The notes: generated by a model from the letters alone, not told the origin. A DNA stretch of 47,119 nt from Asaia bogorensis (GCA_945873675.1 CAMCEP010000001.1:1-47119), one strand, 5' to 3'. Numbered from the stretch's first letter, positions 1 through 9,568 are shown. A program made the numbers and translations.

Positions 1-261
1 ATCGAAGCGCCGCGCGTCTCCTCCTATGCCTTCCCGTCATCCTTCGCGCCGTTTGATTATTTCCCGCGGCGCCTTGCGGTGGAAACGCGCATTCCTGAAG
101 CCACGCGCAATGCACTTGCAGGGCGCGGACATGACATCAAGGAATGGCCGGATATCACCTGGCTTGCCGGCAGCGTGGAAGCTGTGATGTCCGACCCTGC
201 ATCAGGGCTGGTGCGTGCGGGGGCCGATCCACGGCGCCCGGCCTATGCAATTGCGGGATGA
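1..261 (+). CDS. ggt: gamma-glutamyltransferase family protein, 3' part (truncated by window start)
   Basis: Frame 1 open from base 1: IEAPRVSS...GSVEAV...GADPRR, the typical GGT small-subunit C-terminus. Confidence 0.8.
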   Translation: MEAPRVSSYAFPSSFAPFDYFPRRLAVETRIPEATRNALAGRGHDIKEWPDITWLAGSVEAVMSDPASGLVRAGADPRRPAYAIAG

Positions 262-2138
262 CAGCGGCCGCCGATAGCGGGGCGCTGCTTGAACAGGCCA
301 TGGCGCGCCTGAGCGCGCGGGATTTTCGCGCTGCTGCGGCGCAGTTCACCCAGGCCATAGCGCTTGGCATGGATGCGCCGGAAATTCGCAATAACCTCGG
401 CCAGGCCTTGCGATTTTCTGGTGATCACGCAGGGGCGGAGGCCGCCTATCGTGAAGCACTCCGCCAACGTCCGGCCTATAGTCGCGCGGCGGTCAATCTT
501 TTGGGAATGTTGCTGCCCGCGCAGGCCGATGCAGCGCAAGCGGTGATTGCGGCCGCGCTTGCCGCTGGCGCTGGAGAGGATTTGCACCGCGCTGTTGCCG
601 GGCTTTGGCGGGATGCCGGGCGCGCGGATCGCGCCATATTTCATCTGCAGGCGCTGTTGCAAACATCACCTGGCGACACGCTGATGCGAAGCGAATTGGG
701 CACGACGCTGATGGGTATCGGCCAGCCGAGTGCCGCGATTCCGCATTTGGCGCGTGTTGCCGAAGAATTGCCGGATCGCGCGGATGCCAAGGTGAATTAT
801 GGGCTCGCCTTGCAGCAATCCGGCGATATTGGCGCGGCCATGGCAGTACAGCGCCGCGCAATTGCTGAAGACCCGCTTTGCCGTCCCGCTTGGCAAAACC
901 TTTTATTGGGGCTGAATTACATGCCGGGCATCACCGCAGGGGAAGTGGCGGCCGCGCATCGTGCCTATGCCGAGCGTTTTGCCCGCCCTGCCCCCGCACC
1001 CTTCGCCAATGTGCCAGACCCAGAACGCCGGCTGCGCATTGGTATGCTTTCCGGTGATTTTCGCCAGCATCCTGTTGGGTATTTTCTGGAAGCCGCGATT
1101 GCCGTGCATCAGCGCGCTGGCTTCCATCTGACCGCTTATGATGTGGGCAAGCGCGCAGATGCCACCACGGCCAGGTTGCGTGGGGTCTTCGATACATGGC
1201 GGCCTGTGGGCGCATTGGAAGATGAAGCGATTGTCGCGCAAATCCGCGCCGATGGAATTGATATTCTGGTTGATTTGACCGGCCATACGGAAGCAAGCCG
1301 CATTGGCGTGATGGAATATCGCCCCGCACCCGTGCAGGTAAGCTGGATTGGCTATGCCAATACCAATGGCGTCGCGGCGATGGATTGGATCATTGCGGAT
1401 GCCGTGGTGCTGCCGCCGGAGGATGAGGCGTACTACATCGAAAAACCTCTCCGGCTGCCGGGCTGTTATTTATGCTATACGCCGCCGCGTGAAGCCGTGG
1501 CGCCCAGCCCGCCGCCGATGTTGCGACAAGGCCATGTTACCTTCGGCTGCTTCAATAACCTCGCCAAGATCAATGATGAGGTGCTGGCAGCCTGGGCCGC
1601 GATCCTGAACCGCCTGCCCGATGCGCGGCTTTTGCTGAAAACCGCTGCGCTGCGCGAAGCTGCGACGGCGGAAAAGCTTCGCATGCGTTTCGCGGTAGCG
1701 GGGGGCGATGTCGCGCGGCTTGATTTGGAAGGGCATAGTCCACGTGCGGATTATTTTGCGCGCTATGCGACAGTGGATTTCATGCTGGACCCCTTCCCCT
1801 TTCCGGGCGGCACCACAACGGCGGAAGCCATCCATGCCGGTGTGCCAACCCTGACGCGGCGCGGGCGCGGGGGCATGATCAGCCGGAATGGCGAAACGCT
1901 GCTGAGCGCGGTGGGGCTGACGGATTGGGTTGCTGCGGATACCGCGAATTACATTGAAAAGGCCATTGCCTTTGCACGGGATGGGGAAGGCTTGGCGGCA
2001 CTGCGCGCCCGGCTTTCGCTTGGGCAGTTGGCCGATGCCGCGACTTATGTACGGGGCTTGGAAGCCGCTTGGCGGCGAATTTGGCGTGACTGGTGCGCGC
2101 GGCAAAGGGCGATTTCATCTGCGGCGGAAAAGGTCTAG
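258..2138 (+). CDS. TPR-containing SPINDLY/OGT-family (GT41) protein O-glycosyltransferase
   Basis: ATGA overlap with ggt stop; N-terminal TPR repeats; GT41 motifs RIGMLSGDFRQHPVG, DILVDLTGHT, PAPVQVSWIGY, FGCFNNLAKI, LDPFPFPGGTTTAEA. Confidence 0.9.
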   Translation: MTAAADSGALLEQAMARLSARDFRAAAAQFTQAIALGMDAPEIRNNLGQALRFSGDHAGAEAAYREALRQRPAYSRAAVNLLGMLLPAQADAAQAVIAAALAAGAGEDLHRAVAGLWRDAGRADRAIFHLQALLQTSPGDTLMRSELGTTLMGIGQPSAAIPHLARVAEELPDRADAKVNYGLALQQSGDIGAAMAVQRRAIAEDPLCRPAWQNLLLGLNYMPGITAGEVAAAHRAYAERFARPAPAPFANVPDPERRLRIGMLSGDFRQHPVGYFLEAAIAVHQRAGFHLTAYDVGKRADATTARLRGVFDTWRPVGALEDEAIVAQIRADGIDILVDLTGHTEASRIGVMEYRPAPVQVSWIGYANTNGVAAMDWIIADAVVLPPEDEAYYIEKPLRLPGCYLCYTPPREAVAPSPPPMLRQGHVTFGCFNNLAKINDEVLAAWAAILNRLPDARLLLKTAALREAATAEKLRMRFAVAGGDVARLDLEGHSPRADYFARYATVDFMLDPFPFPGGTTTAEAIHAGVPTLTRRGRGGMISRNGETLLSAVGLTDWVAADTANYIEKAIAFARDGEGLAALRARLSLGQLADAATYVRGLEAAWRRIWRDWCARQRAISSAAEKV

Positions 2139-2153
2139 TAAGCGCTTCGCCTG

Positions 2154-2236
2154 GCCCGCCTGGCGGAATGGTAGACGCAGCGGACTTAAAATCCGTAGCT
2201 CGCAAGGGTGTGGGGGTTCAAGTCCCCCGGTGGGCA
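2154..2236 (+). tRNA. tRNA-Leu (anticodon UAA); CCA end not encoded
   Basis: Acceptor stem GCCCGCC/GGTGGGC-A, D-loop GGAATGGTAGAC, anticodon arm GCGGA-CTTAAAA-TCCGT, long variable arm, T-arm GGGGG-TTCAAGT-CCCCC. Confidence 0.95.
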
Positions 2237-2522
2237 GGCTTTCACATCAAGCAGTTAGTGGGGGCTCTGGGGTTTGGCGGTGTGCTGAAAGCCTCGTCCT
2301 AGTGGCCATATAGGGCCAAATTGGTGCCAGTATGACTGCGCTGGCGGCGCAGCCCCGACCTGCCAATAAGCGACAGCCGTGGGCCTACCAAAGGCGCCCG
2401 TGGCGTCTTGAGAGAGGCCGAAGACCGCGCGTTACCTGCAGGGTTTCCCCTTTTTGGTCACTTTCCGTCGGCAAATCATTTGACGCCGGACATGAACCGG
2501 CTTGGATGCTGCTGAGCACCCG

Positions 2523-3338
2523 TTACAGCATCGCCAAAGGCCGCTTGCGCCGTGGCGGCGGGAAGGCTTCATCCAGTGCAGCGATATCATCGGCGGTCAA
2601 AACAATCTCTCGCGCCGCAGCGTTTTCCCGCACATGGACAAGCTTGGCAGCCTTGGGGATGCTGACCACACCGGGCTGGCTAAGCGTCCAGGCAATGGCG
2701 ATTTGCGCGGGGCTTTTGCCATGCCGCGCTGCAACTGCCGCAAGTGCCGGGTTGCGCAGCATCCGCCCACCCTGCCCCACGGGCGAATAGGCCATCACGG
2801 GCATGGCGCGCCCAGCGCAGAAGGGCAGCAGATCAAACTCCGCACCACGATGCTCAAGGCTGTAGAGCACCTGATCTGTCGCGCAATCGGCCAGCGCCGC
2901 ACCCAATTCTTCCAGATCGTCCACATCAAGATTTGAAACACCCCAGCGCCGGATTTTCCCGGCGTGGCGCAGCGCTTCAAACCCGGCGACGGTTTCCGAG
3001 AGCGGTACGGAACCGCGCCAATGCAGCAGATAAAGATCAATGGTGTCGATCCGGATACGCTTCAGGCTGCGCTCACACGCCGCCACCACGCCGCGGCGGG
3101 ACGCATTATGCGGATAGACCTTGGAGACGATGAAAACCTCATCACGACTCCCGGCGATGGCATCGCACACCACCTCCTCGGCCCCGCCTTCGCCATACAT
3201 CTCGGCAGTGTCGATCAACGACATACCAAGATCGAGCCCCGCACGCAGCGCATCGGCTTCCGCCGCGCGCTTCGTGCGATCCTCACCCATGCCCCAGGTC
3301 CCTTGCCCGAGGCGCGGCATGGCGAAGCCGGCCACCAT
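2523..3338 (-). CDS. aldo/keto reductase
   Basis: LGQGTWGMGE, IDTAEMYG, SKVYPHNA, DLYLLHWRG, WGVSN, IPKA motifs; ATG at 3338 just after the dctP stop (alternative start 3380). Confidence 0.9.
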   Translation of the reverse strand: MVAGFAMPRLGQGTWGMGEDRTKRAAEADALRAGLDLGMSLIDTAEMYGEGGAEEVVCDAIAGSRDEVFIVSKVYPHNASRRGVVAACERSLKRIRIDTIDLYLLHWRGSVPLSETVAGFEALRHAGKIRRWGVSNLDVDDLEELGAALADCATDQVLYSLEHRGAEFDLLPFCAGRAMPVMAYSPVGQGGRMLRNPALAAVAARHGKSPAQIAIAWTLSQPGVVSIPKAAKLVHVRENAAAREIVLTADDIAALDEAFPPPRRKRPLAML

Positions 3339-3339
3339 G

Positions 3340-4389
3340 TCAGGGAATGGTATAGCCGCGCGCCTTGCCGATGCTGTCATTCCAAACCCGCGCGCAATCC
3401 GCCCAGACGCGGTTGCAGCTATCGCGGAAGCTTGGCAGCACAACGGCGGTCACAGCTTCACGCACGCGGCGTTCATCTTCCGCCGGGGGTGTAACCACCT
3501 GCACATTGAATTTGCGCGTAGTGCAGGCATCCTGGCCTTGGAAGCAGGCGAAGGCCTCATTGCTCGCGCGGCGCGCCAAATCCCACATCTGCTTTTCCAG
3601 ATCAGCAAAAGCGCGCGTGAGTGCGGCCTGCTGTTCCGGGCTGAAGCGCCGCCACGCCGCCAGCGACATGAAATGCCCCTGCACGCCAGAAGCCAACGAC
3701 ACCGGCAGGATGGTGCGGATAACCTCGCCCCAATTCGCGGTATAGGCCGAGGTGGCCGAGGTAATGCCACATTCCACGGTGCCGCGCTGCAGCGCCTGAT
3801 AGGTCTCAGAAAGCTGCAAGGTCACGGGCGTCGCGCCCAAGGATTGCAGCAGCGCTGACATGGTCGGCGTATAGGAACGCACCTTCAAGCCGCGCAGATC
3901 GCCCATGGAAGCGACTGGGCGATTGCAGAAAAACATCTGTGCGCCGAAGGGCCACAGCGTCATCACCTTGGCGTTGAAGCGTTCCTGCAAGCGCCGATCG
4001 AGCGCTTCCCGCCCACCGGCAATGGCAGCCTGGGTTTCTTCCAGCGTGGTCGAAACCCCGATCAGATCGAGCGAGTCGATAAAGGGCTCATCACGCGCGG
4101 TCTGGCCGATCAGCACGCTCATGACATCAAAGGTGCCATTACGCAGATGACGCAGCGCATCAGGCGCGGCCGCGCCCACCTGGTCCATCGGGTTGAAGGT
4201 AACGGCCAGATTGATGCCGGTTGTCTGGCCCAGCCCGGTGAAGAAGGGCCGTTCAATACCCTCCGTATGGCGGGAATTGGAGGTGAAATGCCCCGCGACG
4301 CGCAGCTGAATCGGGCTTTGCGCGAAAGCGGGGGCAGCGGCAAGCAAGGCACCAAGGACAGCGCCAAGCAGGGTTGGGCGGAAGGGCAT
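3340..4389 (-). CDS. dctP: TRAP transporter substrate-binding protein (DctP family)
   Basis: Signal peptide MPFRPTLLGAVLGALLAAAPAFA; DLRGLKVR, LGATPV, YQALQRGTV motifs; GGGAG RBS. Confidence 0.85.
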   Translation of the reverse strand: MPFRPTLLGAVLGALLAAAPAFAQSPIQLRVAGHFTSNSRHTEGIERPFFTGLGQTTGINLAVTFNPMDQVGAAAPDALRHLRNGTFDVMSVLIGQTARDEPFIDSLDLIGVSTTLEETQAAIAGGREALDRRLQERFNAKVMTLWPFGAQMFFCNRPVASMGDLRGLKVRSYTPTMSALLQSLGATPVTLQLSETYQALQRGTVECGITSATSAYTANWGEVIRTILPVSLASGVQGHFMSLAAWRRFSPEQQAALTRAFADLEKQMWDLARRASNEAFACFQGQDACTTRKFNVQVVTPPAEDERRVREAVTAVVLPSFRDSCNRVWADCARVWNDSIGKARGYTIP

Positions 4390-4552
4390 AGGTCTGACTC
4401 CCAGGATACGAGGCATGAGTTTTGCGAAACCAAAACCGTTGGTGCCGCAGTCGATCACGGTTTTGCCAGGCCAGAGGCTTTGTGCAACACCGCGCCGCAG
4501 AGACACCGTCACGCCTCGCTAAGCCCCAATTGCAGCCAAAGACAAGGCCCCC

Positions 4553-5161
4553 ATGCCCACGATCCCCAAGGACCCAAACCCGGTCAGCCGCTTTTTTGGT
4601 CCGCCTGCGCGGTTTCTCGCCATTTTATCGGGCTGGTGGCTGATTGCGCTGTCTTTCCTGACGGTCGCGGAAATCCTGCTGCGCAAATTCTTCTCCATCT
4701 CACTGCAAGGGGTAGATGAGATCGGCGGCTACACCACCGCCATTGTCTCGGCCTTTGGCTTTGCCTGCGCGCTGACGGTCAAGGGGCATACGCGCGTCGA
4801 TTTTCTGCTCGGGCGCCTGCCGGCGGGCCTGCGTGCGGTCTTGAATGCGCTGGCTTATGCGCTGTTGGCCGCCATGGCGATTTATGGCGCCTGGCGCGGC
4901 TGGTCGGTATTGGAAGAAAGCATCGAATTTCAGGCGCATGCCAATTCGCCGCTGCAGACGCCGCTATGGCTGCCGCAGGGCGCCTGGTTCATCGGGCTTT
5001 TGCTGTTTGCGCTTTGCGCTGGCGCCATGGCGGCCCATGCCTTTTGGTTGCTGCTGTCAGACCGGGCGAAGCTCAATCTTTTCTACGGGCCGCTCACGCT
5101 CGATGAGGAAATCGAGGCCGAAATGGGTACCATCCTGGAACGCGAAGGCAAGCAGCCATGA
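4553..5161 (+). CDS. dctQ: TRAP transporter small permease
   Basis: Four TM segments, GVDEIGGY and GHTRVD motifs; ATGA overlap with dctM. Confidence 0.85.
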   Translation: MPTIPKDPNPVSRFFGPPARFLAILSGWWLIALSFLTVAEILLRKFFSISLQGVDEIGGYTTAIVSAFGFACALTVKGHTRVDFLLGRLPAGLRAVLNALAYALLAAMAIYGAWRGWSVLEESIEFQAHANSPLQTPLWLPQGAWFIGLLLFALCAGAMAAHAFWLLLSDRAKLNLFYGPLTLDEEIEAEMGTILEREGKQP

Positions 5162-6465
5162 TCGGCGTTACCGAAGCCAGCATCGGCTTTTTGCTGCTGA
5201 TCGCCTTTCTGTTTCTGGGCCTGCATGTGGCCGTCGCGATGTTCCTGATCGCGCTGCTGGGTGCGGCGCTGTATCTCGGCCCGCCCTTGGTCGCCGCCTT
5301 CGGCACGCAGCTTTGGGGGGCAATGGAAGATTATGTGCTGCTATCCATCCCGCTTTATATCCTGCTGGGCGAGATTCTGGTGCGGTCGGGTTCCACTGAT
5401 CGGCTCTATCGCTCGCTGGCGGATTGGCTGAATATCCTGCCCGGCGGCTTGCTGCATACGAATATCGGCGCATCCGCCGTATTTTCCGCCGTATCTGGTT
5501 CTTCCGTTGCGACCGCAGCGACAATTTCAACCGTAGCGCTGCCTTCCTTCCGCAAGCGCCGCTATGATACGCGCCTGGTGTTGGGTTCCATCGCGGCCGG
5601 CGCTTCGCTTGGCAATCTGATCCCGCCAGGCATTGCGCTGATTGTCTATGGCGCCATGACCAATACATCGGTCGGGCAGCTTTACGCCGCGGCTGTCATT
5701 CCCGGGATTGTGATGACGGTGCTGTTCATGGGCACCATTATCATGATCGCGCTGGTGAAGCCTGATCTGGTGCGCCAGAAGGAAGTGGCCGATCCCTTGC
5801 GCGAAAGGCTGAAGCGGCTTGTGGATCTGATGCCGCCCTTAGTGATTTTCGGCATCATCATGGGTTCGATCTACACTGGCTGGGCGACAGTGACGGAAAG
5901 TGCTGCCCTTGCCGTAGTGGTGGCTTTGCCCATCGCGGCACTTTACGGCCGGCTTTCCATTCGCATGCTGCATGAATGCTTTATCGCAACCGCCAATCTT
6001 ACCGCGATGAGCCTTCTGATCCTGGCCGTTGCCTTCTATCTGAACTTCGTCATGGGGCTGCTTGGCGTGACACCAGCCCTTGGCGCTTTTGCGACGAGTA
6101 TTGGCGCAAGCCCGCTGGAACTGATTATCGCGCTAACGGTCTTCTATTTGCTGCTTGGCATTTTCTTTGAAACCCTGCCCATGCTGGTGGGTACTGTGCC
6201 GGTGGTCTTCCCGGTGATTGTCGCGGCCGGTATTGATCCGGTCTGGTTCGGCGTATTCATCGTGCTGATGTGCGAAATCTCCTTGATCTCACCGCCTGTC
6301 GGTATGACGCTTTACGTCATTCAGGCGGTCAGGCGCGAAGGCACGATTGCCGAGGTTTTCCAGGGCACCGTGCCGTTCTTCATCGCAATGGTGGTGATGA
6401 CGGTGCTGCTGATTGCCTTTCCGGAAATGGCGCTTTGGTTGCCGCGGGTTAGCTTTGGGCCATAG
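5158..6465 (+). CDS. dctM: TRAP transporter large permease
   Basis: SIPLYILLGE, SGSSVATA, LGNLIPPG, GIDPVWFG, ISPPVG motifs; highly hydrophobic. Confidence 0.92.
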   Translation: MIGVTEASIGFLLLIAFLFLGLHVAVAMFLIALLGAALYLGPPLVAAFGTQLWGAMEDYVLLSIPLYILLGEILVRSGSTDRLYRSLADWLNILPGGLLHTNIGASAVFSAVSGSSVATAATISTVALPSFRKRRYDTRLVLGSIAAGASLGNLIPPGIALIVYGAMTNTSVGQLYAAAVIPGIVMTVLFMGTIIMIALVKPDLVRQKEVADPLRERLKRLVDLMPPLVIFGIIMGSIYTGWATVTESAALAVVVALPIAALYGRLSIRMLHECFIATANLTAMSLLILAVAFYLNFVMGLLGVTPALGAFATSIGASPLELIIALTVFYLLLGIFFETLPMLVGTVPVVFPVIVAAGIDPVWFGVFIVLMCEISLISPPVGMTLYVIQAVRREGTIAEVFQGTVPFFIAMVVMTVLLIAFPEMALWLPRVSFGP

Positions 6466-6538
6466 GGATTGTTTCTGGCGTGCTGGAAAACAGCGCCACA
6501 TCCTGCCATGAAGCGCAGATGGAAAGCCGCGCGCGCAG

Positions 6539-7207
6539 ATGTCGAGCATGCTGATTCTCGCCCTTGAAGGTGCGCTTGCCCATTGTTCCGCGGCGCTTTT
6601 GCGTGATGGCGCCATGCTGGCCTCGGCCCTGCATGAAGCGCCACGCGGTCAGCCGGCCTTCCTGCCCACAATGGCAGAGCAGGTATTGGCGGAAGCGGGG
6701 GTCGCAGCTTCGGCGCTTGACGCCATTGCGGTTGGTGTTGGGCCAGGCGGCTTTACCGGGCTGCGCACTGCCATTGCGCTGGCGGAAGGCTTGGCGCGGG
6801 CGCTCGGCAAACCGCTGATCGGCGTGACGACGGGGGAGGCTTTGGCGGCGGAACTGCCCAGCATCCTGCGGTCAGACGCCGCGCTATGGTCCGTATTGGA
6901 TCAGCGCCAGGGTCGCTTGGTGCTGGAAATTTTCCCTCTCGGGGCTGCCCTGCCGGAAGCGCCGCTGATATTGCCGCTGGAAGCCCTGCCTGATCCCAAA
7001 GGCCCTGTGGTACTGGTCGGGGATGCGGCGGTATCGGCGGCTGCAGCCCTTATGGCCCGTGGTTTTCCGGCCAGCGCGCAACCGCCCGCGCTACCCATGG
7101 CTGAGGCGGTTGGCCGTGTCGGGTATCAGCGCCTTATCGGCGCCCTGCCGCCACGTGACGCGGCGCCGCTGTATGCCGAACCGCCGGCCACCACGCGGCC
7201 CGCGTAG
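6539..7207 (+). CDS. tsaB: tRNA t6A biosynthesis protein TsaB
   Basis: [26 protein letters not shown]-terminal PLY. Confidence 0.9.
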   Translation: MSSMLILALEGALAHCSAALLRDGAMLASALHEAPRGQPAFLPTMAEQVLAEAGVAASALDAIAVGVGPGGFTGLRTAIALAEGLARALGKPLIGVTTGEALAAELPSILRSDAALWSVLDQRQGRLVLEIFPLGAALPEAPLILPLEALPDPKGPVVLVGDAAVSAAAALMARGFPASAQPPALPMAEAVGRVGYQRLIGALPPRDAAPLYAEPPATTRPA

Positions 7208-7213
7208 CTTTCT

Positions 7214-7675
7214 GTGGCCGCGCATATTCAAGCCGTAGGCGCCGAAGCGGCAGTTCTGCTGGCGGAAATCCACGCCGAGGCTTTTCCGGCCAACCAGGCT
7301 TGGGGGGCGGCGGCCCTTGCACTCATGCTTGGGCTGCCGGGGCATTTCGGCCTGCTCGCGATCAGTCAGGATCAGCCAATAGGCTTCGCTTTGGCGCGCT
7401 CGCAGGTGTCTGAAGCTGAAATAGTGACGATTGCGGTGCGCCCTGGGGTGCGTGGCCAGGGGGTTGGGCGCCTTTTGCTAAATGGTGTCCTGGCCGAAGC
7501 CGTCCGGCGCGGTGCCGTGGAATTATTCCTCGAAGTGGCGGAACCCAATACCGCAGCCCGCGCGCTTTACGCCGGCGTCGCAGCGCGCGAAGTGGGACGT
7601 CGGCCGCGCTATTATGCCGACGGCACGGACGCACTGGTCATGCGGATTGACCTTGTCCCGCCACGGCCGAGTTGA
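7214..7675 (+). CDS. rimI: RimI-like GNAT acetyltransferase
   Basis: EAEIVTIAV, RGQGVG, LFLEVA..N..ARALY, RPRYY; follows tsaB; GTG start. Confidence 0.8.
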   Translation: MAAHIQAVGAEAAVLLAEIHAEAFPANQAWGAAALALMLGLPGHFGLLAISQDQPIGFALARSQVSEAEIVTIAVRPGVRGQGVGRLLLNGVLAEAVRRGAVELFLEVAEPNTAARALYAGVAAREVGRRPRYYADGTDALVMRIDLVPPRPS

Positions 7676-7703
7676 ATTTTTTTCGGCTGGCCTAGCCGCG
7701 CCT

Positions 7704-7934
7704 TCAGCCGCGCCGCAGCATGAGAATGGACTCTCCCGCTGTATAGTCTGTCATCCCAAGTACCTGATGGCCCTGTTCCTGTGCTGTCAGGGGAATATTG
7801 CGCCGCGGTTCTTCCCCGCGCAGTCGAATTTCAAGCACCTCACCCGTTTTCATTTGATCCAGTGCCAAACGCACGAGAACAAAGGTCATCGGACAGGTTT
7901 CTGCCGTGATATCAATGCGATGATGGGGCGTCAT
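7704..7934 (-). CDS. tusA: TusA/SirA-family sulfur carrier
   Basis: IDITAETCPMTFV...GEVLEI; start chosen at ATG 7934. Confidence 0.8.
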   Translation of the reverse strand: MTPHHRIDITAETCPMTFVLVRLALDQMKTGEVLEIRLRGEEPRRNIPLTAQEQGHQVLGMTDYTAGESILMLRRG

Positions 7935-8178
7935 GGGGGGGGCGGGACATATCAAGGGTTGGAAATTCTGCGGCGTTTTTTTGGCGGTTTAAGGCAGGGG
8001 ATTTGTAGTCCCATATTCATCAACAATCAATAATACTTGATTATGGAGTAAAATATGTCTATATACGAAACGATTTTCGCTTTCTGTGGTTGGTCTAGAA
8101 ACATGGCAGCAGAAACTTCAGCCAGCGAAACCAACAAACTTGGCACCGCGCTGGGATATTTTGGGGAGAGAGTAATTC

Positions 8179-8604
8179 ATGTCTGAGGGTAACGTTTCGA
8201 GCGATATGCTCGCGCTGACGGCGCAAATCGTCGCTGCGCATGTGTCCCATAACAACGTCGCCGCCGCCGCCTTGCCTTCCTTGATTGAGGAAGTGCACCG
8301 GACGCTGAAGTCTATTGAAGCGCCGCCAGCGCCAAGGGCCGCGCGCCCGGAACCCGCTGTTTCGGTGGCAAAGTCCGTGACACCAGACTTCATTATCTGC
8401 CTTGAAGACGGCAAGAAAATGAAGATGCTGAAGCGTCATTTGAAGACGGCCTTCAACATGACGCCAGAACAATACAGGGAACGGTGGGGGCTAGCACCGG
8501 ATTATCCCATGGTGGCGCCACGCTACGCGCAGCATCGCTCGACCCTGGCCAAAAAGATTGGCCTTGGCACCAAACCCCGCAAACGCCGTAGATCTCGCAG
8601 CTGA
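8179..8604 (+). CDS. mucR: MucR/Ros family zinc-finger transcriptional regulator
   Basis: LTAQIVAAHVSHN, PAVSVAKSV, ICLEDGKKMKMLKRHL, YRERWGL..DYPMVAP.Y. Confidence 0.95.
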   Translation: MSEGNVSSDMLALTAQIVAAHVSHNNVAAAALPSLIEEVHRTLKSIEAPPAPRAARPEPAVSVAKSVTPDFIICLEDGKKMKMLKRHLKTAFNMTPEQYRERWGLAPDYPMVAPRYAQHRSTLAKKIGLGTKPRKRRRSRS

Positions 8605-8706
8605 CCCAGCGGTTTTGGCCAAGCGACAAAGTATCCTATAGAGGCACCGGCCACGAAAGACGCTGGGGCTCTCCCGGAACAGGGCCGACCTATGACGGGA
8701 TAGTTA

Positions 8707-9531
8707 ATGCCTATCGATCCAGAAGACTCTGTATCTGACCCAGGTGGTTTCGAGGAATTGCGCGCCGGCAATTTGGGGGTGCGCCTTGCCTCAACCACCG
8801 AGGAGATGGATGCGGTTCAGGCGCTGCGCTACCGGGTTTTCTATCAGGAAATGGGCGCACGCCCGGATCCCGCTACCGCAGCCAGCCATCGGGACCGTGA
8901 TGATTTCGATGCCATCGCGGACCACCTGGTGGTGGTGGATCATGACAAGGGTGAAGGGCCTCAATCAGTTGTCGGCACCTACCGGCTGATCCAGCGAGAG
9001 GGTGCAAAAAAGCTTGGGCGCTGGTATTCCGAAGCGGAATATGACGTCTCCCGCCTGGTCGCCCATCCCGCGCCGGTGCTGGAATTGGGCCGTTCTTGCG
9101 TGGATGCGGCCTATCGTGGCCGTGGAACGCTGCAATTGCTCTGGGATGGCATCGCGGCCTATGTCTACCGTCACGATATTGCGCTGATGTTTGGCTGCGC
9201 TTCCTTGCCCGGTACTGATTTGGATCTGCTCGCCGATCAATTGACTTATCTGCACGCATTCCATCTGGCGCCGGAGGAATTGCGCCCACGGGCAATCCCG
9301 GAACGCTTCGTGGAAATGCGCCGCAAGGACCCCGCAAGCATAGACAAGCGCGCCACACTCGCCGCGCTTCCGCCGCTCGTGAAGGGTTATCTGCGGCTCG
9401 GCGGCTTTGTGGGCGATGGCGCGGTGCTGGACGATCAATTTAACACCACCGATGTGTCAGTGGTGGTGAAGACTGACCTGATCACACAGAAGTACCGCAA
9501 GCATTACGAACGCAAGCATGCCGATCGATAG
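8707..9531 (+). CDS. olsB: ornithine N-acyltransferase OlsB-like (GNAT family)
   Basis: LRYRVFYQEMGA, DRDDFD, VGTYRL, LELGRSCV, FGCASLPG, LPPLVKGYLRLG, FNTTD. Confidence 0.8.
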   Translation: MPIDPEDSVSDPGGFEELRAGNLGVRLASTTEEMDAVQALRYRVFYQEMGARPDPATAASHRDRDDFDAIADHLVVVDHDKGEGPQSVVGTYRLIQREGAKKLGRWYSEAEYDVSRLVAHPAPVLELGRSCVDAAYRGRGTLQLLWDGIAAYVYRHDIALMFGCASLPGTDLDLLADQLTYLHAFHLAPEELRPRAIPERFVEMRRKDPASIDKRATLAALPPLVKGYLRLGGFVGDGAVLDDQFNTTDVSVVVKTDLITQKYRKHYERKHADR

Positions 9532-9532
9532 G

Positions 9533-9568
9533 AAAGTGGCGTGATCCGGCATCCTGGATGCACGCCAC
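9533..9568 (-). terminator. hairpin between convergent olsB and flgH; likely terminator of flgFGAH
   Basis: GTGGCGTG-ATCC...GGAT-G-CACGCCAC stem, followed by only TTT on the minus strand. Confidence 0.45.

Noticed and set aside
2154-2236. Group I intron in tRNA-Leu(UAA)
   Set aside because: The anticodon loop CTTAAAA is uninterrupted
2400-2445. Glycine riboswitch-like GAGAGA..CCGAAG
   Set aside because: Lacks the CTCTCAGG element and no gene lies downstream in that orientation
7935-7942. G8 tract beside the tusA start (and G7 in fliE, 23797-23803) as phase-variation sites
   Set aside because: Short runs are expected at this GC content; reading frames are intact
8025-8042. FNR/FixK box
   Set aside because: Half-sites are in the opposite orientation and have a 6-bp spacer
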